Shown here: one piece after another, positions 8,180 to 17,664 of the stretch | How positions within the stretch are numbered: the first letter of the stretch is position 1 | How the letters are laid out: each line of letters begins with the position of its first letter | Source of the DNA: a virus | Lineage: Duplodnaviria > Caudoviricetes | Virus record (IMG/VR): IMGVR_UViG_3300026085_000116 | Span: 1 to 43,894 of that record | Direction: 5' to 3' (one strand) | Length of the DNA: 43,894 bases | Notes under the pieces: generated by a model | Databases searched by the model: none | What the model saw: the letters and a program-made list of their open reading frames with translations, nothing else | Told to the model about the DNA's origin: nothing | Program-made: the position numbers and the translations under genes

Positions 8180-8715
8180 TTTTTCACTCCAAAATGTTTA
8201 TAGGATTTTTGAACACACTTTGCTTGATAGAAACAATCTGCAAGTGCGTTATGTAAACTCTCTTGTATATCCTTACGAGGATCATATGGCATCATACTAA
8301 ACAATGTTCTACTGTCTCTGATCTGCCAATAATTCCAAGGACAAGGTTTTTCTATGTTTTTATAAAAGTTTTGCAAAATTGTAAAATCAAATGTAGGACC
8401 TTGACACCAAATGTAATCTAATCCTACACACCATTTGTTAAGTTGCTTCGAAAGACTTTCACAACTTACTCTTTCATGGTCTCCAAACGCTTCGTCTTGA
8501 ATTTCTTTTGATTGTTTCCCCCACCATGCAAGTGTATTGTTGTCTATACTTCTATTATATTTCTCGGATTGTTCTTCTACATCTACTCTTAGATATAAAG
8601 GTGTATGTGGCTCTGTATCACTGAACGGATCAAACTTAACAGCACCGAGAGTCATTATTACACTATCCGGCTCAACGCCAAGTGTTTCTAAGTCTATCAT
8701 ACCGTGAGTAGCCAT
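8176..8715 (-). CDS. DEDDh 3'-5' exonuclease (DexA/ExoVIII-like)
   Basis: MIDLETL, QGPTFD, RDSRT, HNALAD. Confidence 0.85.
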   Translation of the reverse strand: MATHGMIDLETLGVEPDSVIMTLGAVKFDPFSDTEPHTPLYLRVDVEEQSEKYNRSIDNNTLAWWGKQSKEIQDEAFGDHERVSCESLSKQLNKWCVGLDYIWCQGPTFDFTILQNFYKNIEKPCPWNYWQIRDSRTLFSMMPYDPRKDIQESLHNALADCFYQAKCVQKSYKHFGVKK

Positions 8716-11385
8716 TTATTCTCCAAAGTCAAATAAGTTGTTAAAAGTATTCTTAGTCTTTGTACTTTCTAAGTCATAGTTAAGTACGCCAATTAAGTTT
8801 CCGAGTTTATTATCAATAATAGTTTCTTCCATTGCATCACCATCAAATGGCAATTCCTTAAACCAGTCTGGTAAATGCATTTCGTCTACAGGATAAGCAA
8901 CACTTGTATATCCCATTGGATTCTGTTTAAGTTTACAAACAATAACTTTCATACCATCAACAATTTCCATTGAATAGCGATCGCTGTTCATCTTTTTAAG
9001 AGTATTCCAATTGATACTTGCTCTTACGTGTCCTGGCATATTGGCTTTGCCTTGCTTCTTTTCAAGACGCTCATAATGACCGATCTTGTTTGCACGTTTA
9101 GGAGAACCTTTCTCCCAACCAGGACGTGATTTAAATTCTGTTCTAAACTCTGTAATACGATCAAGAAGTTTCTCTTCATCTGCTTCTTGTAAGACCATTA
9201 GCAATAGTTCACTTAAAAAGTCTTGCATAAACACAGGAGTATCTGAACGTTTTAGATCAAGACCCATTGCTTTTACTTTGCCAGGCTTTCCATCTACGTC
9301 TTTACGATTACCTTCCTCGTCATATACAAGTGCCGCATAACGTTTCTTAGTAATATACAATCCGCTTTCAGCAACAATTTCTCTACCAGCCGCAATTACT
9401 TCTGCACGACTCTTTGGACAATGGAATGTGTCACCCATAAACTTACTGAAAGATTTATTTGCTTCTTCACAAATTTGATCATATAGTTGAATAACACTTT
9501 CTTTAGTCCAAGGAATTTTACCTGCATCAATATCTTGTTTAAGGATAGGATATGCACTAAAGTATACAGAGTCTGTGTCCCCGTATATCACACACTTGCC
9601 TACATGATTATAATCACCAGTAGCAACTTTGTTTACTTCTGCGGCCATGTGTTTTGCAATTTGTCTACCTGTTAGTGTAGTTGACTGTCCTATCCTCGGG
9701 TCAAAAAATCTGCAACCAGGATTAAGAATGGCCCCGTAAAGAGAGTTAAGATTAATTTTTTTAACAAGTTGACGTTTGTCCCAGAACTCAATCTCTGTTT
9801 TATTTCCCGCATCTATTGCCTTCTTTTTCATTCCCTGCATTTCTTTACGTTCTTCATACCAACGTTTAAGAAGTCCAGGAATAATACCTTCAAACTCATA
9901 TGTAAAAATAGTTCCATTAGCACTTAACATCCAAGGATTATTACTATCGAAAATAATTTTAGATATTTGAGCACCACTCATTACTTCTGATTGGCCGTTT
10001 TCCCAATCAACAGTAATAGAAATATCTCTACGTTCTTCCATAACAGCATCAAACTCCATTGTACCAAAACGGCCTTCCCAAGCCGCCGCAAATGATTTCT
10101 TTTTCAAGTTCATTTGTTCGCCGAGATATTTGTTTGTATGTTCGGGACGTAGTTGACCTATAATAGTTTCTGGAGCCATGTTTAATGATCTAATCACAGA
10201 TGGATATAGTGAATTTAAGTCCATTGAACCAATCCACTTGTGTACTCCTACTTTAGGAAATGCCACATAAGCACCCGCGGCAGGATCACTACCTGGCTCA
10301 CGTTTTACTCTATTAGGCACTTGCATACCTCTGTGATGTGCTTCGTTAATAATTGCTTGTTCTGTAACTGCTACTGCACCCATTGTGGTCTGTAGCAAAA
10401 CAGTATTTGCATGAGCAAGTTCATTACTCAAGTCAATAAATCTTAGTTTTTTATCTAACTTATCAAGTAGTGCAACGTCTTGTCTGTTATACTCAATAAA
10501 CTTTCTAAAATCATTGTTATAAAGTTGATCAAGTGTGCCTTCGTAAACAGTTTTACGTTCGCCTACTTCCATTTCGCCAATAGCATCAAGTCTATATGTA
10601 TGACGTTCTTCGTATGTGTACTTACGATATAGTTCCAAACTATCTAAATGCACTCTGCCTATTAAGTCATAAGTTTCTTGTTGCCTTCCGAACTTTTCGT
10701 ATTCACGTTTCTTTGGAAATTGGTCAAACAAACAAAAACGTCTTGTATCGTCTTTGCTTAAAACTTTTTGTACACGATTGACTGTGTAAGGAATATCATA
10801 ACCTTCACTGTTCCAACCTGAAATAATATCTGCATCTTGGATTAAGTCTAAAAACGTTTTTAGCATTTCTCCTTCGTCTGCAAACAAATGTGTATTAGGA
10901 AATTCTTTTACTTGTTCTTCTGCTTGTTCCATTGTAAGTGTCTTAGGTGGAATAGCAAGTGTAACAAGACTGTCTAACCATTGAAGATGTACAGTAATTG
11001 CCGTAATAGGCATAAACGGATCTGCAGGATCCGCGAAACCTCTTTCTGGATCAAAGTCTGTCTCGATATCGAAAAAAGCAATGTTTAGTTTTGGAGCATC
11101 ATGATTTAGATAGTTCTCACTTAAACATTGGAATATTGGATTAACATCACTTTCAAAAAGTTCTTTGTTTTTATTAATAGCGAGTTCTTTACGAAAGTCT
11201 TTTGTGTTTTTACAAACAATTCTATTTAGGGGATCGCCGTAAATGCTTTTATACTTACCACGTTGGTCTCCGTAGTAAAAAGTATATTTGACAGGATACT
11301 CAGTAAACGATCGTTTACCGTCTTTACGTTCTACAACACGAATAATATCTGCGTTGCGATCAAAAAATGCGTCTACATAACTCAT
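8716..11385 (-). CDS. DNA polymerase family B (T4 gp43-like)
   Basis: Exonuclease motifs FDIETD, GWNSEGYD, YNRQD; polymerase motifs DLNSLYPS, KINLNSLYG, YGDTDS, KKRYA. Confidence 0.97.
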   Translation of the reverse strand: MSYVDAFFDRNADIIRVVERKDGKRSFTEYPVKYTFYYGDQRGKYKSIYGDPLNRIVCKNTKDFRKELAINKNKELFESDVNPIFQCLSENYLNHDAPKLNIAFFDIETDFDPERGFADPADPFMPITAITVHLQWLDSLVTLAIPPKTLTMEQAEEQVKEFPNTHLFADEGEMLKTFLDLIQDADIISGWNSEGYDIPYTVNRVQKVLSKDDTRRFCLFDQFPKKREYEKFGRQQETYDLIGRVHLDSLELYRKYTYEERHTYRLDAIGEMEVGERKTVYEGTLDQLYNNDFRKFIEYNRQDVALLDKLDKKLRFIDLSNELAHANTVLLQTTMGAVAVTEQAIINEAHHRGMQVPNRVKREPGSDPAAGAYVAFPKVGVHKWIGSMDLNSLYPSVIRSLNMAPETIIGQLRPEHTNKYLGEQMNLKKKSFAAAWEGRFGTMEFDAVMEERRDISITVDWENGQSEVMSGAQISKIIFDSNNPWMLSANGTIFTYEFEGIIPGLLKRWYEERKEMQGMKKKAIDAGNKTEIEFWDKRQLVKKINLNSLYGAILNPGCRFFDPRIGQSTTLTGRQIAKHMAAEVNKVATGDYNHVGKCVIYGDTDSVYFSAYPILKQDIDAGKIPWTKESVIQLYDQICEEANKSFSKFMGDTFHCPKSRAEVIAAGREIVAESGLYITKKRYAALVYDEEGNRKDVDGKPGKVKAMGLDLKRSDTPVFMQDFLSELLLMVLQEADEEKLLDRITEFRTEFKSRPGWEKGSPKRANKIGHYERLEKKQGKANMPGHVRASINWNTLKKMNSDRYSMEIVDGMKVIVCKLKQNPMGYTSVAYPVDEMHLPDWFKELPFDGDAMEETIIDNKLGNLIGVLNYDLESTKTKNTFNNLFDFGE

Positions 11386-11396
11386 TGTCTCTCCTA

Positions 11397-11414
11397 TGCC
11401 ATTTTAGGCTGGCA
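11397..11414 (-). promoter_or_regulatory. Putative translational operator hairpin just upstream of the polymerase RBS
   Basis: mRNA reads UGCCA-GCCUAAAA-UGGCA-U-AGGAG-AGACA-AUG: a 5-bp stem with an 8-nt loop abutting the SD. Confidence 0.5.
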
Positions 11415-11432
11415 AATACCAAATTGTCGATT

Positions 11433-11705
11433 TTAGCCGACGATACTATATAAGTGCTTACTAATTCCATACACATATATTATTGTAAGCGTTCCGTTTA
11501 AAACAATCAATGACTTTTCTTTCCAAAGTACTCCTACAACTGTCCAAAGTGTAGAAGCAATACCAAATCCGTATGTTGCATACATTTCATTTGGAAATAA
11601 TGAAAGTAGTGCCGCCGCTGTTAGCAATATTGCAGTTGACAACCACGCTAACGGTTGGTATGGCTTAGGTTGAGTTTTTAATTGTTTTAAAGTAATCTTT
11701 GTCAT
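11433..11705 (-). CDS. Small multi-pass membrane protein
   Basis: Three hydrophobic segments; start uncertain. Confidence 0.6.
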   Translation of the reverse strand: MTKITLKQLKTQPKPYQPLAWLSTAILLTAAALLSLFPNEMYATYGFGIASTLWTVVGVLWKEKSLIVLNGTLTIIYVYGISKHLYSIVG

Positions 11706-11976
11706 TTTGTGCCTTGTCGTCTATCCATATATCATAATGCGGTTTGCCAAATTTAACACTTGTGTATTTGACACCCCAGTCATCAAGTTGCCTAACAGTA
11801 AATTCTTCCCAATCTTTGCCTGAGTTTGCGCCTCTCGCTGTCCAATAATGTATTTCATGACCTTCGTCATATAACTTATTAAGGTGCTCGATACGTTCAT
11901 AATCTGGTTCACTGATTTCATATTTACTGTTGTTATTATAGCAAATAGTTCCGTCTATGTCAACCATATATTTCAT
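11665..11976 (-). CDS. Minimal HAD-family phosphatase (capsule biosynthesis phosphatase-like)
   Basis: VDIDGTI, WTARG, GKP...WIDDK (HAD motifs I-IV). Confidence 0.85.
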   Translation of the reverse strand: MKYMVDIDGTICYNNNSKYEISEPDYERIEHLNKLYDEGHEIHYWTARGANSGKDWEEFTVRQLDDWGVKYTSVKFGKPHYDIWIDDKAQNDKDYFKTIKNST

Positions 11977-12415
11977 TATCTTGACCTCTAATCTTCCTAA
12001 ATTTTTTATTTTGGGGATATTCGTTATAATACCCTTTTTCTAAAAGTTTGTTACTTGCTTCTTTAGTTTCATCTAATTTTTGGATAACAAAGAATCTAAT
12101 ACTTGGATCATTTAAATCATTTTCGTAATCCATGTATTTGTATTCAATAAACAATAGATTCTTGTCCAAAAAATACTTTGTTCTACATAATCCAAAAAGT
12201 TCTTCACCTTCGTTCCAATCATTTACATCGTGTAGTATTACTAATACTGCATGATGATCTTCAATGTCGTAATCAAACTCAAACATAACTTTCATTACGT
12301 CTAAGTATTGATCTGTATGGAAACGTTTTACACGACTATTGGCCCACGGACATCTTCCTTTTGCTAACTCTTCTAAATGAGTATCTAACCATTTATCTAT
12401 TTTAGCAACATCCAT
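11960..12415 (-). CDS. Hypothetical protein
   Basis: In-operon ORF with a CPWA motif; start refined to ATG 12415. Confidence 0.55.
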   Translation of the reverse strand: MDVAKIDKWLDTHLEELAKGRCPWANSRVKRFHTDQYLDVMKVMFEFDYDIEDHHAVLVILHDVNDWNEGEELFGLCRTKYFLDKNLLFIEYKYMDYENDLNDPSIRFFVIQKLDETKEASNKLLEKGYYNEYPQNKKFRKIRGQDNEIYG

Positions 12416-12416
12416 A

Positions 12417-12698
12417 TTAGTACCAACCTGCGGCAATACCAAACCCAAATACGTTTACACAACTAAAGTAAATTGTTAATAGCATTACCCAAGCCGCTCC
12501 TCGTCTGTATGCGGCATACGCCTGTGTTGTACTACCAATAAAGAATCCTGGATATACATACATCATATTAGGATCTCTGGCAGTTATCGCTAATGTAAGG
12601 CTTGCACCTACAGTAAAAATAAAACTTATAAGTTCAAATGTAAATGCAACCTTATCAGACTGATAACTGTTTATCCAAAAGTTTTTAATCTTTTGCAA
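12417..12698 (-). CDS. Small membrane protein
   Basis: Three hydrophobic segments; TTG start right after the preceding stop. Confidence 0.6.
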   Translation of the reverse strand: MQKIKNFWINSYQSDKVAFTFELISFIFTVGASLTLAITARDPNMMYVYPGFFIGSTTQAYAAYRRGAAWVMLLTIYFSCVNVFGFGIAAGWY

Positions 12699-12700
12699 AA

Positions 12701-12961
12701 TTACTTGTCCTTACCAACAGTAACTACAAGTGTTTCAAGATCGTCAAATTCGTCTGCAACTTTCGACCAATCACCTTTGTGTGCAATTTTAATTGCTTTA
12801 TTGATAAGACTTGGTTTAATATCAAGTTCTTGTGAAACTGCTTTTACAGTTTCTTTTAAGCCTTCTGATAAATCTTCAATCTCTCTCATTACGTTAGCAC
12901 CTTCGTTAACCAATCTTTCAAGTTTGGCTTTCTCGTCGGGACCGTATGTTCTGTTTGACAT
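12701..12961 (-). CDS. dsDNA-binding protein (T4 DsbA/GapR-like)
   Basis: 86-aa helical pattern L..LV.E....REIEDL...LKE.VK....EL.I.P..INKAIK; AGGAG RBS. Confidence 0.6.
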   Translation of the reverse strand: MSNRTYGPDEKAKLERLVNEGANVMREIEDLSEGLKETVKAVSQELDIKPSLINKAIKIAHKGDWSKVADEFDDLETLVVTVGKDK

Positions 12962-12989
12962 TAAGTAACTCCTATTGTTAATGTGTATT

Positions 12990-13018
12990 ATTATATATTA
13001 AGTAGAGATGTTTGTCAA
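12990..13018 (-). promoter_or_regulatory. Perfect sigma70 consensus promoter heading the replication operon
   Basis: TTGACA AACATCTCTACTTAATA TATAAT (17-nt spacer). Confidence 0.85.
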
Positions 13019-13045
13019 GCACTCATTTGAAATATATCAAAATAA

Positions 13046-13696
13046 CTATGTGTCGAGGGTTTCGTCTTTTGATTTGTATGCCCATTCGTCAGTGTGTCCT
13101 ACACTCCACTTAGGTGTGTTTTCAACCGTGTAGTTTTGGGTGCATACTTTGAAGTCTGGAGTAAGTTTTTTATCTGGAACTAAACTTTGATCAGTCCAAA
13201 TAACTCTGTTGTTAGGTTGTGCGGCAAATTGGCCGTTGTCTAATTTGATAAAGTTGAAGGATTTATGTTCTGGGTCGTGTTCTGAAAAATTTACGTTCAG
13301 TGCATTGTTATCTCTATGGCAAGTATCAAGGGTAAACATATATTCGCCTTTGTGCATCTTACGATCTTTGCCAAAGAACTCACAGTCACAAAGCATAGGC
13401 TTTTTAATTACTGTGATGTCGTAATCAAAGCAATCCCATATTTGTAAATGATCTAAAGGTAGTTGATTATCTTTGTCGTAATCTTCCTTCCAAACAAATG
13501 CACTAATAGGTAGTTTGTCATACAATGCACCATATTCAGTTAATAGTGTTTCTATATATAATGCTTTGCTTTCGATACTTCTAATGGAAATCCAAATGCC
13601 AGGTGTTAATTCACCATGACCCTTCTGATGGTCGTATAGGTATTCCTTTTTTACATAGACTTCTATTGGTGGTAGGTTATGTACAAGAAACGCCAT
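13046..13696 (-). CDS. Hypothetical protein of a type seen in marine phages
   Basis: 216-aa ORF with AAGGA RBS; motifs QIWDCF and GQFAAQPNNR; function unknown. Confidence 0.7.
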   Translation of the reverse strand: MAFLVHNLPPIEVYVKKEYLYDHQKGHGELTPGIWISIRSIESKALYIETLLTEYGALYDKLPISAFVWKEDYDKDNQLPLDHLQIWDCFDYDITVIKKPMLCDCEFFGKDRKMHKGEYMFTLDTCHRDNNALNVNFSEHDPEHKSFNFIKLDNGQFAAQPNNRVIWTDQSLVPDKKLTPDFKVCTQNYTVENTPKWSVGHTDEWAYKSKDETLDT

Positions 13697-13722
13697 AAAG
13701 GTCCTTTGTTAAAAGTTTTATG

Positions 13723-13730
13723 TATTTATA
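13723..13730 (-). promoter_or_regulatory. T4-type late promoter TATAAATA
   Basis: Exact T4 late consensus in an intergenic position. Related GATAAATA sites at 18974, 19616, 23914, 26831, 35423, 36803, 39382, 40078 and 43671 all precede minus-strand starts. Confidence 0.75.
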
Positions 13731-13868
13731 TTATTTCTTTTTGTTGCGACCGGCACAATGAGCCTTTTGGGAGAACCCTTTAGGGTTAGAACAGTTTATA
13801 GAGCGTTTATACTTGTTGCTCCATTTTTCGTAGATTTTAGATTTTTCAAGAAGTTCAAGACGTTTCAT
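13731..13868 (-). CDS. 45-aa basic protein (WSxKYKRSINCxNPKGFSQKAHC motif)
   Basis: Below the ORF track cut-off: MKRLELLEKSKIYEKWSNKYKRSINCSNPKGFSQKAHCAGRNKKK; TAATG coupling to the upstream gene. Confidence 0.7.
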   Translation of the reverse strand: MKRLELLEKSKIYEKWSNKYKRSINCSNPKGFSQKAHCAGRNKKK

Positions 13869-14425
13869 TACATCTTAACACAGTTGTCTACAGTCTTGCC
13901 GCCTTTTTTCTTAGTGCCCATACGCTTGTAGCCTTTCCAGCATACTTTGCCGTCAACACCTTTTTGCTTTTCTTCTGGTAATGTAGTCCAACTTGGATTG
14001 CCGCAATCTGAACAAACACCAAGTTTAGATTCTAACATCTGTGATAAACTTGATTTATAGTCTGTATTTTCTTTTTTTGCTTCTTTGTCTTTAACAGCCT
14101 TTTTCATAGGCTCTTTTTTATCGCCGTCTTTATCAATATCAATATAGTCTGGCTTTGCTTTCTTTGCTTCTTGTACTTCGTCAAATTTTGTTTCGTAGTC
14201 CATATGGTGATATACTGAACCCATATAGTCAGCGGCTTTAGTAATTTTACTTTGAACCCAACCTTCAAGACCTTCTTGTTCTGAAACACCTTTTAACATT
14301 TCATGCATTTTAATTGCATACTTGGCAATCTTGTACAGTTCTGCACGAGCCATTTGCACTTCGTGGTCTGCTTCTGCTTTATATGCTAAATCTGCTAAGC
14401 CTTCTTTAAGATCTTTTTCTTTCAT
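13868..14425 (-). CDS. Modular putative internal head protein
   Basis: N-terminus MKEKDLKE; modules DHEVQMAR..WVQSKITKA, DIDKDGD and CWKGYKRMGTKKKGGKTVDNCVK. Confidence 0.55.
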   Translation of the reverse strand: MKEKDLKEGLADLAYKAEADHEVQMARAELYKIAKYAIKMHEMLKGVSEQEGLEGWVQSKITKAADYMGSVYHHMDYETKFDEVQEAKKAKPDYIDIDKDGDKKEPMKKAVKDKEAKKENTDYKSSLSQMLESKLGVCSDCGNPSWTTLPEEKQKGVDGKVCWKGYKRMGTKKKGGKTVDNCVKM

Positions 14426-14427
14426 TG

Positions 14428-15309
14428 TTAGTTCCTCTTTACGGTTTTACCGCCCATTAAATTATTTGACATATCTAAAGCATTAACTGTAGTACCGTCA
14501 GCATTTTTCTTTTGAGGTGCTTTAGGCAAACCTTTTGAATCTCTGCCTCTTTGTCCATAAGCCATTGCTGGATTTGCTACTGAAGCAATATTACCTGCTG
14601 ATGTTGCGCCTGCTGTTGCTACTTCTTTAATACCTGCAAGTGCTTTCATTTCATTTGCAAAATCAGATGCTTGTTCTTGTTGTGTGTTTGATGCACCTGA
14701 TACTAATTTTGCTAATTGCATAATATGATCTGCTTCGTCGTTAGATTCAGTATTAATTTTTTGTTTTTCAGCATCTTTTTCTAATCTTTTTAAACGTGCC
14801 TTAAGTGCATCAGCGGCATCTGGATCTTTTGATGTGTTAGGATCCATTTGAATATCTTGTAATGCTTTTTTCTTTGCTTCGTAATCTTCTTTACCTTTTA
14901 GTGAAGTATCTAATTCTTGTACATCACTTTCTGCCGGTGCCGCACCTTTTTCTGCTTGTTTAACAAGCATCATAAATTTATTTCTTAGAGTTGTGTCTGA
15001 TAAAATTGCAGTAAGTTGTTTAGCAAAGGGAGCAATTTGCTTTGATAATTGACCAGTTAAAGCACCACCTTGTGCTACTTTGTCTAATCCTTTAGCCATC
15101 ATACCACCAGTACCACCTTTAGCACCCATTTTATTGGCCGCCATTTTAGCACCCATGCCTGCTTTTTGTTGTGTTTGTTTATCAGCACCACCAGCCATAC
15201 CTGCTACTTTACCAGCCGCCTGTTTAACAGCCCCAGCCGCCTTTTGAGCACCAGTTTTCATAGCGTCTAATGGGTTTGCTTCTGTTTGTGTTAATTCTCT
15301 AAGTTTCAT
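14428..15309 (-). CDS. Ala/Gly/Lys-rich putative internal head protein
   Basis: N-terminus MKLRELTQTE; low-complexity modules; TAAATA 5 nt upstream of the ATG. Confidence 0.55.
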   Translation of the reverse strand: MKLRELTQTEANPLDAMKTGAQKAAGAVKQAAGKVAGMAGGADKQTQQKAGMGAKMAANKMGAKGGTGGMMAKGLDKVAQGGALTGQLSKQIAPFAKQLTAILSDTTLRNKFMMLVKQAEKGAAPAESDVQELDTSLKGKEDYEAKKKALQDIQMDPNTSKDPDAADALKARLKRLEKDAEKQKINTESNDEADHIMQLAKLVSGASNTQQEQASDFANEMKALAGIKEVATAGATSAGNIASVANPAMAYGQRGRDSKGLPKAPQKKNADGTTVNALDMSNNLMGGKTVKRN

Positions 15310-15313
15310 AATA

Positions 15314-17446
15314 CTATTTACCTTTTTTGCCGCCCTTCATGTTAGCACACCAGTGGTACATTTTACCCTTTTCACCACCATATTTACGAGCCTTTGCTCT
15401 TAAACTACTTACACTGCCTTTACAACTTGCTCCGGCTTTTTTGACTCTACCCGGGCGTGATTTACCCTTTTTTTTACCGTCTGCAAAGTTTTCTTCTATG
15501 CTTTCTGGAACATCATCACGCCAAGTTAAGTCTTTTGGATCAGCAATAACAGCACGTATTTTATCTGCACCTGCTTTTAGGTGTGCAAAGTATCTGTGAT
15601 GTCCATCAACAACAAGTAACTTACCTTCGTGTGGTACGATTACAATAGGTTTAATCTTGTCACCTGCTTTGATCTTGTCAACAAAACGCATCATATTATC
15701 GTGATTGTCTTTAGGATCCATTTTATCAGCAGGTTCAAACGGTGTAAGTTTAGATACGTCTACAATTTTTACTGGTTGCTTTTCATAATATTTGTCGTCA
15801 ACATCGGCACCTTGATACTTGGGATTAGTCCACATAGTTATTTCTGCGCCTTCAGTTTTCTTTTCAGGGATTAATTTAATAATAAGTCTATATGCATTAG
15901 GATCATCACTGTACATTTCGTCATAGTGTGCATCTTTATAGCCATCAGCATCTTGCACATCATATCCTAAACGTTTTAGATTTTTTAGCATATACGCTTT
16001 TTCTTTATCTCCACCATAAAACTGTATCATTACATCCGGTTCATCTGGATTTACATCATCTGGGTCTACTGATTTAATGTTAGCCATATGGGTTCCTAAT
16101 TTAATAAAGTCATATGCTGTATCTGATTTGCTTAAAACAGTATTTTTTGGATTAGGAATTAATTCGCCTTCATCTGTAACTGATTCATCTTTTTTATTAA
16201 ACTTATGAGTGTATGCATCTTTGTCACCACGTGCCGCCGCGGCTCTTCTTGCTTTTAACTTATCTTGTATGCTTGGTTCGTCAAACTTTTCTTTTTTCTT
16301 TTTAATTGTTGCACGTTTAGGACTACGGGCAATAGTAAATCCCATAATTTCTATCAATTTATCGACATTTTCTTTAGCATAAAAGTCAAAGTCTGGATCT
16401 TGAATCACTACTTTATCTTTACTAAAGTAAACTTCTTTGCCTAAAATACGTGCAATCTTAGCAAGTTTAGCAGTATCGTTTTTACTATGTAAATCTTTAA
16501 TCATAGTAATAACCATGTCACGTAAACCACCTGTTGATACTTTTAATGATCCTTCTTCAACTGGCTTTTTAAAATAATCTTTTAAACTTGATGCAGTTCT
16601 TTCGAACTTGTGATCCTTGTGTTTAAATCCTACACCGCCTGATGCTTCCCACTTGCTAACATTCTGACCAAAGTCATCAATTAATATGTTAGGAGTGCCA
16701 TCTGGCTGTTTAGCATATGCTTGTTTGTCTGTAGTAATAATAACTTTCTTAGGCGGAAATGCTGTTAAGTTGTTTTTAATCCATTCTCGTTTGTGCGGTT
16801 CTGCTCTATCATCATTTGCTAATGGAGCAGATAAAATGTTGTATTCGCCCTTAATATCTTTAATAATACTTAAAAGTTTATCTGCGTTTGCAGTTGGTTT
16901 TAGTTTTAACCAAAAATCGTCTGTATCTCTAATCTTTTGCAGTGCTGAATCAATATTTTTAATTTGTTTCCAATTATCAACACCCATCATCTTAGTCCAC
17001 TCGCCAAAAAAGTCTACAAGCACACCATCCATATCTACATAAATTTCTGAATCACTTGAAAGTTCTTTTCCTTTAAGTTCATTCAGTTTAGATTCTTTAG
17101 CCATCTTAGTTGCTGTTGCATACATAACTGCTTCTGCATCATCACCATAACGCTTTTTAAAATCTTTTTTGTTTTTCTTCATACCTTTTACGATACGTTC
17201 TTTTTCTTTTTCTTCGCCTTTGGTTAGTGATCTTTCTTCAACACTTTCAGCCATGCCTAAGTTGAATAGTACGTTAGTCTTTGAACCTTTTACTTTTTTG
17301 CTTAGTGTAGGAGGACGTCCGTCTTTGTCAACCTTGTTCCCAAACTTTCCTGCTTCAATAGGAATTTGATTAGGTCCAACATCTGGAGTAGTATTAACAC
17401 CTTTTACTATTCTTCCTCCAAACTCTTTTAGGTCTACATATCTCAT
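15314..17446 (-). CDS. Multidomain protein with a HAD 5'(3')-nucleotidase-like domain, a ParB/Srx-like domain and short basic modules
   Basis: YVDMDGVLVDF..ILSAP..K..ILIDD (about 16580-17060) and IKPIVI..LLVVDGHHR (about 15510-15780). Confidence 0.75.
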   Translation of the reverse strand: MRYVDLKEFGGRIVKGVNTTPDVGPNQIPIEAGKFGNKVDKDGRPPTLSKKVKGSKTNVLFNLGMAESVEERSLTKGEEKEKERIVKGMKKNKKDFKKRYGDDAEAVMYATATKMAKESKLNELKGKELSSDSEIYVDMDGVLVDFFGEWTKMMGVDNWKQIKNIDSALQKIRDTDDFWLKLKPTANADKLLSIIKDIKGEYNILSAPLANDDRAEPHKREWIKNNLTAFPPKKVIITTDKQAYAKQPDGTPNILIDDFGQNVSKWEASGGVGFKHKDHKFERTASSLKDYFKKPVEEGSLKVSTGGLRDMVITMIKDLHSKNDTAKLAKIARILGKEVYFSKDKVVIQDPDFDFYAKENVDKLIEIMGFTIARSPKRATIKKKKEKFDEPSIQDKLKARRAAAARGDKDAYTHKFNKKDESVTDEGELIPNPKNTVLSKSDTAYDFIKLGTHMANIKSVDPDDVNPDEPDVMIQFYGGDKEKAYMLKNLKRLGYDVQDADGYKDAHYDEMYSDDPNAYRLIIKLIPEKKTEGAEITMWTNPKYQGADVDDKYYEKQPVKIVDVSKLTPFEPADKMDPKDNHDNMMRFVDKIKAGDKIKPIVIVPHEGKLLVVDGHHRYFAHLKAGADKIRAVIADPKDLTWRDDVPESIEENFADGKKKGKSRPGRVKKAGASCKGSVSSLRAKARKYGGEKGKMYHWCANMKGGKKGK

Positions 17447-17664
17447 TTCTTTTTACGTCCTCTAAACTCTGGCATTTTACCTGTCATATGAGGTAAACTA
17501 AACCAAAGTTTAAACCATTCTGGATCACCGGGTTTAATTCCTTTTTCTCTTTCAATCTTTCTTTTTTCAGTACCCGTAATAGATAAGTTTTCATCAACAG
17601 GCTGTAGTCCTTTAAAACTATATTCTCCTACTCCTGCTAATTGTTTAAGAGTTTCTAAATCCAT
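17443..17664 (-). CDS. Small hypothetical protein
   Basis: LKQLAG and IKPGDPEWFKLWF motifs; coupled to both neighbours. Confidence 0.65.
   Translation of the reverse strand: MDLETLKQLAGVGEYSFKGLQPVDENLSITGTEKRKIEREKGIKPGDPEWFKLWFSLPHMTGKMPEFRGRKKK

Noticed and set aside
8716-11385. Intein or intron in the DNA polymerase
   Set aside because: The ORF is continuous, of normal gp43-like length, and shows no splice-junction or homing endonuclease motifs.
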